From NCBI GenBank assembly GCA_965235115.1, contig OZ249436.1, positions 39,186,001 to 39,250,000 of the forward strand: a DNA stretch of 64,000 nt. Reading direction: 5' to 3'. Shown here in pieces: positions 1 through 15,000 of the stretch. The notes under the pieces were generated by a model. The model was not told the DNA's origin. It saw only the letters and a list, made by a program, of their open reading frames with translations, and did not search any database. This stretch comes from Laetmonice hystrix. Taxonomy: Eukaryota. Positions within the stretch are counted from its first letter, which is position 1, and every line of letters starts with the position of its first letter. Both the position numbers and the translations under genes were made by a program.

Positions 1-602
1 GGCTCGGGAAAGCTACGGGGTTGCCTTCCCGGCCTGTTTTACCGACAAAACGTCGGGAACACATCGGGAAGAATTTCAATGCAGGCATTGACATTTTTCG
101 CAGTTCTCCCGATGCCTCCCGATGGTTCCACATGGCTCCCGACGCTCCCGAGGCTTCTTCGAAACACCGGGGAACCTGTTCCCGACGCCTCCCGAGGCTC
201 TTCAATTTAGATCGGGAGAACATCCCCGAAACCAAAAATGCCCAGTGGGACTGAGCCTTTAGTCGTTGCGCTGTCGGGAAGGTCGGGGCGATGTCGGGAT
301 AGAACATGATAGATTCGTAGCTAGCTCTTCGGGTTGTCATGATTTTATCACGATTCATCACGACTTAAACTAAATTTCAGATTTTGATAGAACGGCATAG
401 AACGTCGTACAATCGGCTTTGGTGGGACTGGGGCTTTACACGCTGTTGTGTCAGATTGTTCTTCCGCACTCTGGCATGAGATTCTTACGCACTGTAGTAT
501 GAGCTTCTTCTGCACTGTGGTACTTCTTCTTCCATAGATAAGCTTACATTATGTACAGTGGCTACCATTGTAACAAAAGGACGAAATCACGTGTTATTGC
601 AG

Positions 603-3070
603 ACCTCCGTTACGAGCCAGGGGTTACGGGAAGGGGTCCTGATCTACCTTCGACACAGATGACAGGCAATTTGTATAGCGCCTCCCTCATCACAGATGGC
701 ACTATAGGTATACTCCACATAATACTACGATTTTATCTCATACGTGGCTTGGAAGCAAATCCAACCAGATTGCTTACATAGGTCTGTTTATTCCAGACAC
801 GTGCTGGAGACAGAACGACGTGTTTCGGCCCTGGTGGCAGTTAGACCTTCAAAGAACAGAGGAAGTTGTGGCTCTTTATATTGAAGAAACTATCGGTAAT
901 TTGACAAAATCGTTACTTTACTACTGGTCTAAGTAATAACGGAAATGCCGGTCCTATAAATATGGAGAGACAGATGTAAATTGTTTTTACATCAAAAAAA
1001 AAATTTAAATGCGAAATAGAAACAAAACTATACGGTTTATTTCCAGGCGTTCATTGTTCATTCAACAATATGACGGTATATGTTGGCATGGCGACGGATG
1101 ACTTCTACAATGACGGAGCCAAGGCGTGCATCCGTTATTATAACGGATACGGAAACACACTCATGATGCCGTGCCAGCAGAACGTCAGGGGGCGCTTCAT
1201 CACCATACGTCAAGGCACACGTCACCATGCCTTAGATTACTTTGATAGTCATCGATGTCTCGCTCTCTGTGAGATAATAATCTATGTAAGAGGTATGATA
1301 ACGATAAGACCATTCTTTATGTTTTTCATAATTATGTTTCTTTGATAAGAGGTCACTACGTACGTGACATAGGCCTAATTTGGCGCCAAATCCGCTTTAG
1401 AATTTGAATCTGTTGCCTTGATCGATTCTGGGGAGGTTTTTAACTGTAAAGGTGTATCGGGTATGAGTGTGGGGCGTAATATATCACCAGAACAAACGCA
1501 ATGAGTCACGTTGGAATGGGTTAGACTTTGTGTGTTGATGTACTTGTTAGCCGCCGAGTGTGAACAACCTTTTGAATCCGAAGATGTCGAACCTCACTCT
1601 CAGATGTCTGCATCCTCCGAGGCCGAGGGAAGCGAGGCCAGCCTCGGTCTGATCTTCTCTACCTCGGGTTCCTGGTGTGCGGCATTAGACGATCAAACGC
1701 CATACATACAGGTTACCAAATCAAATCACTGTTCATTACCTACTGGAAACTGAAATATATATTTCATAGGCAAAGAAAAATAACTATATGTTTCTGGATA
1801 AAGGTTCAGAAAATATGGTAGGTTTGTTACTGTATTTAAAGAAAAGGTAAAACAGAACTATTATTTTATCTCTTTATTTCTAGGTATAGGCTTGAATTAT
1901 ACGGGAACAACTTTTCCTTAGCCAGCACCATGATATTATCAAAGAACGGCGCGTTTACATTCTTTGATATTATTACGAATACCTGGGGGTAAATCAAAGA
2001 CTAACACAAGAGTTGTAGAATTTTATAAAACATTCAAGAAAGGAAGACATCCCTTTTGTTATCCAGGTGGATTTCCTTGTGACCCGGTCTGTGCAGGCTG
2101 TTTGGACCCAGGGTACATATATAAATCGTGTACCTAGTATGGTTACCAGGTTCGTACTCCAGCATGGAGTACGCAACGATCAACTCATAGAATACGGGGA
2201 AAATGGAGCGACGAAGGTTAGAAGAAATATATAATAAAAAACACTTTCATGCGTATAGGGAAAATTGAATTATTATCTTGTACTTTTGGCCCGTTGTTCT
2301 TTTAGATTTTTGAAGCTGGATCTGATTCATCAGTGCCCGTCCGTCATGAACTCACATATGGAATCATCGCCCGTTACCTTCGTATAACGGTTCAAGCTTG
2401 GTCTGGTCGTCCCTGTCTGAGAATGAAGGTCTTCGGGTGTAAAACGGGAAAGGGTAGGAATCAACGAGTCATAGTAAGTGTAAATTGGTGGCACCATTGG
2501 CTCATAAAAGTTGGGGGCCTACATTGTTTTACTCTCTGCTTTCAGTGAATATTGCCCAGAACCAGGTGACAATGCCCTCGAGTACGCGCCTGACGGACGG
2601 CTGGCGAGGCACGTGCTGGGCCCCTAGCGTTCAGGACAAGGCGTCAGTCCGCGTTTCGTTGACACAATTATTCACCGTCACAGATATTAGAGTGTGGCTG
2701 CAGGAAGGCCAAGGTAAAATGAGTAACAAAATTAGGGGAGGGAAAATCAAAACAACTCATGGCATATAATTGTGAATACGTATTGAATTCTACCCACATA
2801 GGTAGTTGTAAGTATATCGCAGACTTTGTGCTCCAGACATGTCCCAGTTGGTGGTGAGTGTGTGGGTGACCTCAGGTCAGACCACCTCCCCGGATGACCT
2901 CAGTCAGTGGACCCTCTGTGCCCGTGGCAGCGTTCCCCGACCCGACGCCCGTATCCTTGGCCTCCGTTGTGCCGAGGGAGTAGTTGGAAATCTGGTGATG
3001 GTCCGCTACGACACGGAACACAACGCCAAACTCTGCGAGGTGGAACTGTTTGGAAGCGTTCTCAAAGCAG
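603..3070 (+). CDS. Exons 1-8: F-type lectin-like and F5/8C (discoidin) domains
   Basis: Motifs [79 protein letters not shown]. Confidence 0.75.
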
Positions 3071-6000
3071 GTGAAAACCTTCAGAAAGATATTATTTTAG
3101 GAGGGATATGGTTACAACAGGACGGAGAGAGAGCTTTTGTTCAACGTTGTTTCCAGGCTTCCCAGGCAATGAAAATCCCGTCAGTAAATATATTGAATAT
3201 GTCGGTGTAGTGTAACACATTTAACACATATTACACAACAGAGTAGGATATAAATATTATCAATTCCAAAGTGACGACCCGTGAAGTTGGTGGAGAAAGG
3301 ATCGAAATATCCTGCCCAGCCGAGCACGCAGTGGAACCGTTGGAAATACAGAGTTCTGTCGGTGTGACCACCACAGCCTCTCCACCATCAGTGGTCACAC
3401 CAAGGGATGGCGGGGAGGTGTCGGTCACACGGTTCGTGTACAACCTGCTGCCGCTGTGGTGTCCACAGGGATCACAGACGTGCACCTTCACCCCTCGGCT
3501 GGTTCCGACGTCGACGTCTCCTGTCAATGTGACGTTCGGCTGCACTCCATACAAACATTTCAGTGAGTTCTGCCATTACGAAGGATGCATGCAGTCAGAC
3601 CCAACATGGGCCATGGGAGATAGATTACTTTTACTGTGAGGCAATTCCTCCATACATTGTAGGTTCTAATCTTCAATGTTTTTCTGTTCTTTCAGCCGGT
3701 CTCTGCGAGTATGGAATAAATAAGGAAGGGTCCCTTTTACAGTCGGAAGATTACCACCGTATGGTTGATGCTGGAAGAACTTGCACCTGGCGAATCAATG
3801 CCCCACCGGGAAAATATGTTAGACTGGTCGTCAAGGAGTTTAGGCTTGCACCGGCCGAGTATTCATTTTTGGTAATCAAATGATTTATGAACGTATAGCC
3901 TATACCAATCATCTGCTTGTCTCTATGTAAGCCTACTTTAGATTTGCCTTAACTTATCCTTTGGGAACAGTTACTTACGGGTGCCTGCAATGCCTTGGGG
4001 TTTTGTTACAGGACGACTCGTACTTGGTCAATGTCGGGTCTTGTCGAGATACTCTGACTGTCGGGTATAACATCTCTACCGAGAAGGAGATTGACATGAT
4101 GCAGGTTACTGGAAAGCAGACATTCGTATCACCAGAGGGAAGCATGGTTGTCAGATTGTCGACTTGCTACCGATATTCACAGACAATGTGGGACACTTTA
4201 GATATTATGAATATCCAGCTTTCAGATCTAAAACTGGAAGCAAATGTCGATTTCGTAGGTAAGTATACTATGTGCATGTTTTGTAACTCATCAATGGCCT
4301 TGGCATATTTTCTCCAAACTATCTTGTGTAAAGTCTATAACCTACAACATGACGGATAGATCATAAATGTCAGAATATTACACCCAACAAATAAGCTGTC
4401 CTTCACCTTCATGCACATTTTAGAAAAAACGTGTTTTCCTTTCAGATTGCAATGGGTGCCATGTACGCACCGACTGGGCTGGCACAGTTCAGTGTGACAA
4501 ACCTTGCGGGTTGATCATGTCACCAAGTTTTCCAGAGTTTTATAAATCCAATCTGAAATGTTTGTGGGAGATAGTCGTATCATCGGACGCCTATGTTCGT
4601 CTTACGTTCGTTGAGTTTGATGTGTTTGAGGACAAGTCGGACTCGTGTAACCGTGATGCCGTGCAGGTGTATGAGGTAAATCGTGCTGGGGTCCTGGGAC
4701 AGGTGTTGGGCCGCTATTGTAACTCGTACATGCCTCCAGCTGAGATTGAAAGTGGCTGGAACCAAATGAGGGTCGAGTTCTTCACGGACAACGACTTTAG
4801 TCGTAGAGGATTCCAAGCTCGATATACAACTGTTAGTTTTGTCTTCGATGACAGTCTGGGCCTCAGTACCGGGAATGAAGGTATACATAGGTGATTTCAT
4901 TATGTAGGAATATCTCTCAAAACTTTACTACTTCCACTTATGAATAACAATATTTTATAACTGCTAAATCGATTGTGTGTTTCTTAATACTTATCCAATT
5001 AACGTTACCTGGTTTTTAAATACATTATGTATTCAGGCTCTTAATCATCCTAAAATTAAAGCAACTCATTCTATTATCTTTTGTCTAGACTGCAAGAATG
5101 GCTGGATGCGATACAATGATAGTTGCCTGCGTATCTTTACGTCGCAGGAGCCCTTATCGTGGTTGTCGGCACATGACCACTGCGTCAGAGATGATGCAAA
5201 TCTTCTCAGCATCCACAGTGAAGAGGAGATGCACTTCATCAATCATATCTTAGTCACTCAGTATGATGCGGCCAGTCTCTACATAGGTAACGCTGGCATT
5301 AGTTATAGATAAAGCAGACAGTTTCTAGAGGAAATGAAACAAGGGAATAGGTGTTCCAACTTTGGTTATTGCGTGTATAGTTCCTGGACAGTCTACTTAA
5401 GTTTAAAGTAAACCGAAACCGCCACAAGTGGTATAGTGCCTTTTACCTGCCCCCATCTAATTCTCACAAAGGCTGTGTGCTAAAAGTAATCCCCGATAGA
5501 TACTGACAGTTGACCTTATGCTGACTGCCTCCATCTTTCTGCAGTCACTGCTGTGAGACCTTATGAAAATGGCGTCGCTAGAGCCTATATGTATACCCCA
5601 TTCCCCATAACCTGTTGGTTAACCCTCTTCACCGACACTATGTACAATAATGGGTACTGGTGAACTCATGGTGACCTCGGACCATGGTGATTTCGGCCCA
5701 TGTCGATTACATGACAGTCTCCATGTCCCATGCGTGCTCTGTCCCAGACTCCATGTCCCACTCACCCCCAGTCAGACTGGTCAAGTCACTGGTCAAGTCA
5801 CGTAATCGTGGTCTAAGTCAGTGAAACCTCGTTTAAAACAGGATTGTGGAAACCAGGTTCAGACCAGGATTAAACCAGGTCTGTGAAGGAATTTTTCGTG
5901 GGTGAATTAAACCAGGTCTCACAGATCCACAAATTGTCCCAGATAAACCAAGTTTAAGTGTCACACAGTGACAGCGCATGCGTATAATGGCAAGCAGAAT

Positions 6001-9000
6001 GGGTAAGGTCTGATAAATACTGGTTTTCGATAAAAAAAAACAGTGTTTATCAATTGAAAAACAGTTTTTCGATTGAAAAACACTGCTTATCAGTTGAAAC
6101 CCTGTCTATCACTTGATATCAAAATTTGGGTTGAAAAACAGTGTTTCTCATTGATAAACACTGTTTCTCGACTGAAACCTTGTATATAGGCCGACTACAA
6201 AGTTTTGGCTGAAAACCCTTTTTTCAAGGTAAAAATACTGTTTTTCGCCAAAAACCTTGTCTTTCAGTCGATAAGCAGAGTTTTTGTCAAAAAAAAACAG
6301 TGTTTATCAATTGATAAACACTGTTGTTCAACCCAAAGTGTGATATCAAGCGACAAAGTTTTCTGGGCGGGTGTGATGGGATTCGTGGTTCCAGGTCTTC
6401 CTGAATTGTGTCAATAAGATGTAAGACTGTTTGCCTGGTAAATCTCTATCTACCATGAAAATCGACGTCATCGCAATCGGTTGGTATAATCTCTCCAGTA
6501 GCGTTGGAAAATATTTTTTTACGGGGGGGGGGGGGCTGAAGTCAGCCTAGGCCGACTCTGGCCCTGTTCTGTTCCACTCATTGACAAAATAGGCTGATAA
6601 GTATGGCTGAGTGAGTTTCAGAGGAGGGGGGCGATTGCCCCCCTACCCCCCCCCCCCCAACCCTCCAGGTTCTGACGCCTATGTTCTTGTCTCCTTGCCC
6701 TCTCCACCAAAAGTATGCAATAGTCCAGCCATTGTGTGTCTCAATGCATGTGCACTTATCGCACTTTCTCGAGAAAAACCACGACTTAAACTACCCCCTC
6801 CCTAGTTTTAATTAAGACCATGATTAAGACCAGGTTTGGGGAAAAACTAGGCACGAGAAATGCGAAAAGTTAGACCATACTTCAGACCCAGTTTACACAT
6901 GGTTTAAACCATGGACCTTCTTAGACCAAGTCTGGACCGGCGACGAAAAATCGGCCCGCGGTTCCCGATACGGGAGCCCACTGGCGGCGGTCTTTAGATG
7001 GGGCCAGACATCCCAATTTGGTTTATCTACAACATAGTAACAGGGATGAAAGTTTTCAGGAAATTTCCTGAAATCAGGAAATTTGAAAAAATCCCCCCCC
7101 CCCAAGAAATAACACCCAAAAAAGGAAATAGGCCTAGATCTATAGGCAAAAGAGGTAGGCCTAAACCAAGGCTAAGTATTGCCCTGGACTGTGTGGTGGG
7201 CAATTTTATTTGTTAATATCAAATGAAACAATATCCCCTTCCAGGACGTTTTTTAACACCATGCAGCTCAATATATCTCTACCTGCCCAAAGTTCGTTTA
7301 TAGATGGGGATATTAGAGTGTCTCAAACCCGTCCAGTGTCACGGGTGCCGCCGTGCATAGGCCGGTCTGCCGGGGGTGCTGGTGTACCGCCCGCGGTCCC
7401 TGTAGCTGTGGTCACATCGCTCACATAGACCAGCCCGCATGGGCTGACTTCTACCGGCACGCGGTGGCAGGCACGTCTGGGGCCCATTTCATAACTAAGT
7501 TGGTGCGCTCGCTAAGGTCTAAAACGCGGTTAATCGACGAAAAACGCGTTAAACCGTTGCATAACTAGTAAAGCGGGCGTTTACTTGCGAAATTTTGCGT
7601 TATTTCCGCGTTAAATGGATTTTTTTAGCGCGGATGAAAAAGGTGCGGATTAAGTCTTCGCTAACTGATTTATCGCTAATTAACGATAGTATCGTTAATT
7701 AACACATTATTTACACTGAGCACATCAACAAATATGGCGGCTAGGACAGTGCAATACCAACGTAATGCCATCCAAAATCCTGATATTGTGGATAATGAAG
7801 ATTTTATGTCATATATTATATGACATGAAATATTTCTCATTATTCACACAGATGTCTTGATGGCAGTGGGGGTACCATACAGAGTGACCCGAGGACATCT
7901 AGTATAGGATTGTATTGGCAATAACATGTCTTCACAATTTTGCAATTAATCGCGGGATACCAATAATTATACATGCCTCCTCCTCTCTATCTAGCCGTCA
8001 TTTAGCAGAGGCTCAACAAGGAGACAGGGGGCAGACAATGAATCATCGCGGTTTTCATACCAGAGAACCTGTCATTCAAACATTTAGATAATATATTTTG
8101 TTGCAATGAACACACTACATACAGTTCGTGTCACCAACACATATATTTGTATTTAAATTTTAGCAACGCTTGGTTCGTTTCCTTTTAGGATAGGGACCAT
8201 AGGCGTGGGAACCATATTTTCATTGGAGGGGGAGGGAGACTGGGGCATGGCCCGGCAAAGCGCCAGGGGGGTGGGGTCGGGGTTTCAAAGCCCCCTTGTC
8301 AACCAATGTCTCTTTTTCCCCGATAGAACATCTGAATTGACCGTGCTGACCCCTCCCCCTTAGCAAATTTTACCTCTGAACCCCCCCCCCCCCCCGTTAC
8401 AAAATCCTGGGCCGCCCCCCGCCCGCATTACTGCATGCAGTGCCTTCATCAAATATGCACCAACAAGTAAACTTTGTCTCCTTACTGCTGCCACTGAATA
8501 GGACATCATAATATTGTGATGCTTGGAATCCATTTTTGGTTTCCTGGCAGTGGCATATCTCTGTTATTAAAATATAACTGGCAAATAATAGGGAGGGGGC
8601 GAAACTCAATGTAATTAAAATGAGAGCTTAGTTATATCGCATGTAGTTGCGTCTATTTAAGAATGGACCACATCATTGTTTCGACACTCCTTTGTTCGTT
8701 CATCGGTACAACCGTGTCATATCTCGTTGTAGCAGTTGTCGTTGTAGGTATGAGTATAGCAGTTGTAGGTTCGAAAACTGAAACCGGCGAATATACAATA
8801 AATATAACCCGTAAAAACATTTGATAAATTGACTAGACCCAATACAAAAATACATGAGAAAGAGATAAACCGAATATATAAACTTATTTCTGTGTGGGTC
8901 CGTAGATTATAAACAGTACGGTCTGCATTAGTTGACGTTAGGCCTCAGTCTGCCAAATGCGCGGTTTAATGATATGCCAGGAAAAAGGGTCACATGATAC

Positions 9001-12000
9001 AAAATACCCGGATGTGGCTATGAAAGCAAAGAAAAACGATAGTTCGAACAGGGTTCGAACCCAAATACCTTATGCAATGTGTCTTAACACTTTCACCATT
9101 GAGCTAACACAACTACGAGAACAGTAATCTATGAATGGGAGTCTTGGCAGTTTACATCGCATGTGTTCCATACTATATAGGTATGGAGCGGAGACAGCAC
9201 TGGCACAACCGATATAGAAGCGGAATACCAATAACTAATGTTAATTAGATTGGGGCGAAACGATATTATTCCCGCCAATACAAAGTTGGGGAATCGCCAC
9301 CTTGCCCCTACCCCTCGGTTCCCACACCTGGCACAACGGAGGTGAGCCCCTGTGTTTGTGAATCCTCTTCCACCAAAACTTGGCCCGTAAGCGTTGGCGC
9401 TACAAAATAACAGTAATCAAAATATTATGATAACACAGATTCAGAGATGACTATTGGGGGCGCATGACTAAAACCTGATGACAATATATTATTCTGGAAA
9501 GAACGCTCCTCTCCTTTCACATCCGCGTCCTCTGACGAAATGTACGAGATTGCACTACTAAGCATTATACTCACCTCTTCACATGTACTAGAACATTTTG
9601 GGGATGATTGGGGCCTACTTAAGCTGATAATCTTCTAATAAATCTTGTAGTGTGCAATCGAACCGCAAGGTGGTGATTGGTGGCGCAGCCCTGGTATGAT
9701 CTCTAAATTTAATATTTTTTCGCAAGCACAAGCGGCCTTTTCAGCGTTAAATCACGAATGCGTATATTAACGAACCCAACCGTACATCTTTTTACGCGCG
9801 ATCATTTTACGAGTTATGAAACGGCGTTACGCAAAATGCGTTAAACTTCGCGCTAGTATATAAACGAGCGCGTACTAATTAACGCATTTTCTTAACGAGT
9901 TATGAAACGGGCCCCTGGCAGGCACGGCCCCGTGTCGCTGTGGTGAGAGCGACTCACCTCGATCAGGTAATGGCTTCAGGCAAAACTGATGGTCAGGTAG
10001 CTGCAAAGCCTGTTGATTCAGGCTTGCCATATGCCATATCCATGCGCGTGTTTTGCCTGAGAGCTCACTTAGTGATAGCAACGAGACTATAGACAGACCG
10101 GTCTGTCTAGTCCCGGCGTTGGTAATAGTGATTAGGCTGACGAACTACGCACCATCACAATATCACTCCTCACAGGAAACTGGGTCAATTTAGTTCTATG
10201 AATCTGCCTAGTATATATGTCAGTAAGTTCTCATAATGTTTTGTTGCATATAAATTTGAGGATAATGGCATTACGTAAGTGGTTTTCACTGAAGTTTTGG
10301 GGTTGTCAGGACTTTTCATTACATTTGTTGATCAGTGCAGGTGTCCTGTGATAAGACCGGAAGTGACAATATTCACAACAACATGAGTGGCACATGGACA
10401 CACGGGCTGAAGCACTCGACTCAGCGACTGTGTTGCTTGGCTGAGAGCCGCTGAGGGTCGTGACTGCTGAGGGTCAAGACTGATGGACAGCCTGTGTGGT
10501 CAGTCTAACACATGGAAGCTGTTTGACAACGTAATCGGGTGCATTTTGGACGCTAAAAGCCGACTGGATTCCAATGTTGGAGAGAGACGGCAGAGCCAGG
10601 CAGAGGTTGACACTGAGTGACAGGCAAGCAACAGCCTTGAACAGGGGCATGGACTGATGAGTGATGGAGTCTATCCAGCAAATTTGCAGGGGTGGGGGGT
10701 TGGGGGGTTGGGGGGTTGGGGTGGGGGGTGGCGACTAAATACTGAGGGCTAGGCCCTATAATATATAATAGCTAGGAGGCCTTATCGGATCATGATTGTC
10801 TGCTGTTCCTAGCCTGACTTTTTTTAAGGGGGGGGTAAGCCCCTTGGATGTGCGCATGAACAAATATTAATTATGGACATTGGCCCCCGCCGCTGCCCCC
10901 CGGTCAGGATTTCAGGAAATTTTACAGCTGGCCACTTTCATCCCTGTAGTAAAAAAATCTCTTACCGGGCGCCTAAAATAATAGAAATTTGTCGCAATGC
11001 CCTTCAACGCATGAAATGATGGCTAAAAAACTATTATTTATATGGAGAATTGTCAACTGGAGAATAAAATGTACACTTGGGACTTGGAGTCTGACATACT
11101 ACCGCCGTACTGGTGCATGGTGCGCATGGAACACAGCATCAGGGTACCATTCTGTTCACCTGGAGTTGCTGCACACCAAGGCATCTTCACGAAGGATCAG
11201 CTCCAAGTCAGTGGTGTGGTTAGACCTGCTGATCGTTCTCCGCCTACTATGACACGGATTATCTCACTCGCAGTCTCTAGTCTAGACTCTGACTTCCTTG
11301 TATCCTCATCGATCCAACCAGCATCTGACTACAGCTGGTCGAAGCCCATGGCTCTGGTGACGTCGCACTTCCGGGTGACCTGATTATTTTTGATTGGCTG
11401 AATCAATCTCCCATGTGATATTGTTATGTAAAATGGCGCCTAGTTTGATTCTTGGCTAGAGGTAGGGTCAGTACTCATAGTTTAAGATTGGCATTCTCGT
11501 TTATGTGAAACCTATTGACCTGCATTTATTGCTGATGTTATTCTTTATTGTATAAGGCATACAGGAAGGTATAAGGAGGCCGGATCCTTGCTTTTCGCTT
11601 CAAGGGTATTGGTACTTTGCAATATTTTTTCCGCAATACAGGCCTATCCTTTTAACACCAGGCCCCAGTTTCAAGAAAGTGGTTAAGTTGACTAAGTTGG
11701 TTAAGATGAATTTTAACCAGAAAGTTTCAAACCAGGAAACAGAGAATTAACCAATTTTGGTTAAAGTCAGCGTTTACCACGATTTTAACCACTTTCCTGA
11801 AACCGGTCTTCACTCCCTCATCTCAGGCTGCGACTGCGGTTATCCCTCACAGTTGAAGCCACACTAAATCAACTCTGAGGTCCTCCCTTGGTGATCTTCA
11901 TCTTTCAGGTCTTACGGACAGAGAAAACGAGGGAGTATTCATTTGGACGGACAGAAGTGCTGTGACATTTACTAATTGGTGAGCTAAATTTATTGCTTCT

Positions 12001-15000
12001 TGAATGCTGATATCTTTCTTTGTCTAGTCCCATAGATCTTAGTATCCTTAAAACGAAGGAGGGGGAAATATATAACGCACCTTTAATCCACCTGTTTATC
12101 TAATCCATCTAATCTGTTGGTATTTATGTGAGTGGGACATCTATCGGTAAGTGTGTGTTCTGTCTGTGTGTGGTGTGAAGGCGACACGAGGAGCCGAACG
12201 GCGGTGTTATTGAGGACTGTAGTCTGGTGGTCCTGGCGGGCGTACGTCCCCGGCCCAGCTGGCAGGACGTGCCCTGTGCCGCCGCCTCCGTCACACATTA
12301 CGCCTGCTCCTACACTCACACACATGGTAACGCCTTGCTTTGCTTGCTTTAGATGACTATTTGTATAAACATCATATTTAAAAGGCAGCCGCTTTGTGAG
12401 CTTCTTGACGGCATGCTGTGTTATTTAAGTCAGATATCACCTCATGATAATGTCCTTCCACGATTACTGATGCCGAAATAGGTCGTCAAAGCAAGATTCA
12501 TGCAATCTTAACGGTTGTAGTGAATAAAATGAAAAGGTATCAAAGATTGATAAATATAAAAAAACATCAAGGACATGAACAAAAATTGGTTTTAATGAAG
12601 AGGCATTTAAATTCGTACAAAATGATACAAGAAACTGAATGTAGCTTGACCAAGTTGAGTATCGGCGCTCATTGATTACAGTGAACACCTCGGCAGGGCT
12701 TGATGTTGTGGGCCCTCTCCCGTCGGCCGACTGCTTGGGGAGACTGTCTGCCTGTGACGACGGAGTCTGTATACAAAACGTCTTGGTGTGTGATGGAGTC
12801 AAAGATTGTTTGTCTGGGAGCGACGAATTGGATTGTGGTATGTGAAAACTATAGTTCTACGTGCACTGTCTATAGAGAACGATGGATTAACATTTGCTGT
12901 TGGTCTCGAGACCAACAGCACGGTAAAACAGACCAACGGCACGGTCAGAGGTTGTAAGAAAGAACGTGATTGGTTCAGAATCTATTTAATTATGCCGACA
13001 CAATTACAATAACGACGACACAATTACTAACAATTGTGAGAGCGTCACAATTAGACTGATATTAAAGTAATGGCCTATTCTCGAATTTTTTCCAGTATCA
13101 CACTCGTTCTGCCTTATCCTAACTGAAGAGAAACATGTAATCTTACCAGATTTGCCCCAAAAGCGATCTATTTACTCGTAATTATTGCGAAATTTGATGA
13201 GCAAACCTGCACACCTCGATCTGTTCTGAAAAACAGGGCACGCGTTTTTCAGTATGATGTTTACAATCATCCACTCACAGAAACGTGACGTCGTACACAC
13301 TTTCACTTCGAGCCAAACAAGGCTCGCACCTGACAGCTTATAAGCAGAACACATTTCATCAGCCTTCGACCAGCTTAAGGCACTAACCCAAAGTACCATC
13401 ATTTTTTTATGGAATACATTTCCAACCAGTGTGGCAGATGGTCAACCTACGATTGGTCTATTTACGGCCGTGCACGGTGAGTACGCCGGGCGGTAGAGCC
13501 GGGCGGCCGGCTGCGAGGTGAGGCCCAGGCGGCAGAACAGGAGATTACAACCGGTAAAACCCAAATATGCTGGATTGTCAACAGCAAAACATATCACCCT
13601 GTCTACATAATGTGAATACGACAGATATATTTCGTTGTATTATAAAATATGAGTTATGTCTGGGCTACTTTGCTGGGTGATCAAAATAGGCTTGCTGAAC
13701 AATGAGGACGCCATCTTCTTTGGCTGCGTCATCAGACACTGCGTAGAAAGTCACGTGAGGGAATTCCCTTCCAGTTCAAATCTAATGGCGGTGGAATCAT
13801 TGCACGTTTTTCTTTCGAGTGATCGCGATTTTCGGTTAGGCTATACTGCAAGTAGCACGCAGGTATTGTCCCTATTGGACATGGCAAATATTTGTACACG
13901 TCTTTGTTAACATGCAGGAAGTAATACTAGAAAATCGTTAAAATTTCCCTACATTCCACGCTATACTATGACTTTAAAAGAAACGCCCACCGCCAGTGTG
14001 TATAGGCCAGGCACACAGGCCGTGATATTCTAAGCAATTTAAAAAAGATTTGAACACAATTGGTGCTCAAATAGTTAAGATATAAGTGCTTTAGTGCCGG
14101 AGCTTGCTTAGAGCCTGCTCCGCTGGTATTGGCGGCCATAGCGTCTGCTCCTTGGGCTAAACTCAAACTGCGCATGCTCGACTACTGCTCTCCAGTTTGG
14201 CAGGAACGAAAAACTGACGCACCTGGGGCCCGTTTCATAACTAATAACGCAGCCGCGTTATTAACGCAGATGCGCAAATAGCCTCATTTGAGGTTAATGT
14301 GTTGCATAACTAATAACGCAACGCACTATGCGTTCATAGCGCGCGTTGTCTGGCTCTAAAATCGTTTAATTAACGCGCACCTATAAGGGTCTACGCTAAC
14401 TTCCCAGTATGAAATATAAAGCTGCCAATTCTACGAAAATACGTACTTTACGTACCTATATTGAAAAGTAGGGGAACCCGGGGACAACTGTAACATTTTT
14501 CACATTGTTGGTGTTTACTGAAAGCCCAACTCAAGTAGAGGGCCTCCAATAGTTTCGACATATACCTCAATGTTTCCTATATTATGCAGACCAAAATAGC
14601 TGAAACGGGAGAACGGTACAATTTACCAATGGGTGTCGAGTGTTATAATTGTCCCCTATACCCGGGTCAATAGTAACACACCCCAGGGTCAATTGTACCG
14701 GGACAAAAAAGGGGTAAAATGTCCATTTAGAAAATATTTGTTATTCTCAATATGATTCGTACAAATACAAACGACTGCTGTTATTTCCGAAAAAAATGAC
14801 TATTACAATTACATGTACCTGAAACCTGAATGCTATATGTACATAGATGGTTGGAATGGTTAGGAATTATCAGCTGCCTGGGTCGTAATGTTACTCAATT
14901 GTATCATTTACAATCGTGTCGAGATGCACTAGATGTGGCCATCCTTCTAACGCTACCCGTGGAGAAGGATGTGCACATCGCCATAGGAAAACCCCCAAAT

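Noticed and set aside
1..440. 77-aa ORF and GGGACTG(A/G)G(C/G)CTTTA-type motifs
   Set aside because: Probably the end of a MITE cut by the window edge; the other terminus is not visible, so it cannot be supported.
6020..6330. Repeated AAACAGTGTTTATCAATTGA motifs
   Set aside because: Low-complexity subterminal-type repeats with no definable ends or TSD.
9040..9110. Minus-strand tRNA-like B-box sequence (similar at ~29570 and ~37860)
   Set aside because: No coherent cloverleaf; at most decayed tRNA-derived repeats.
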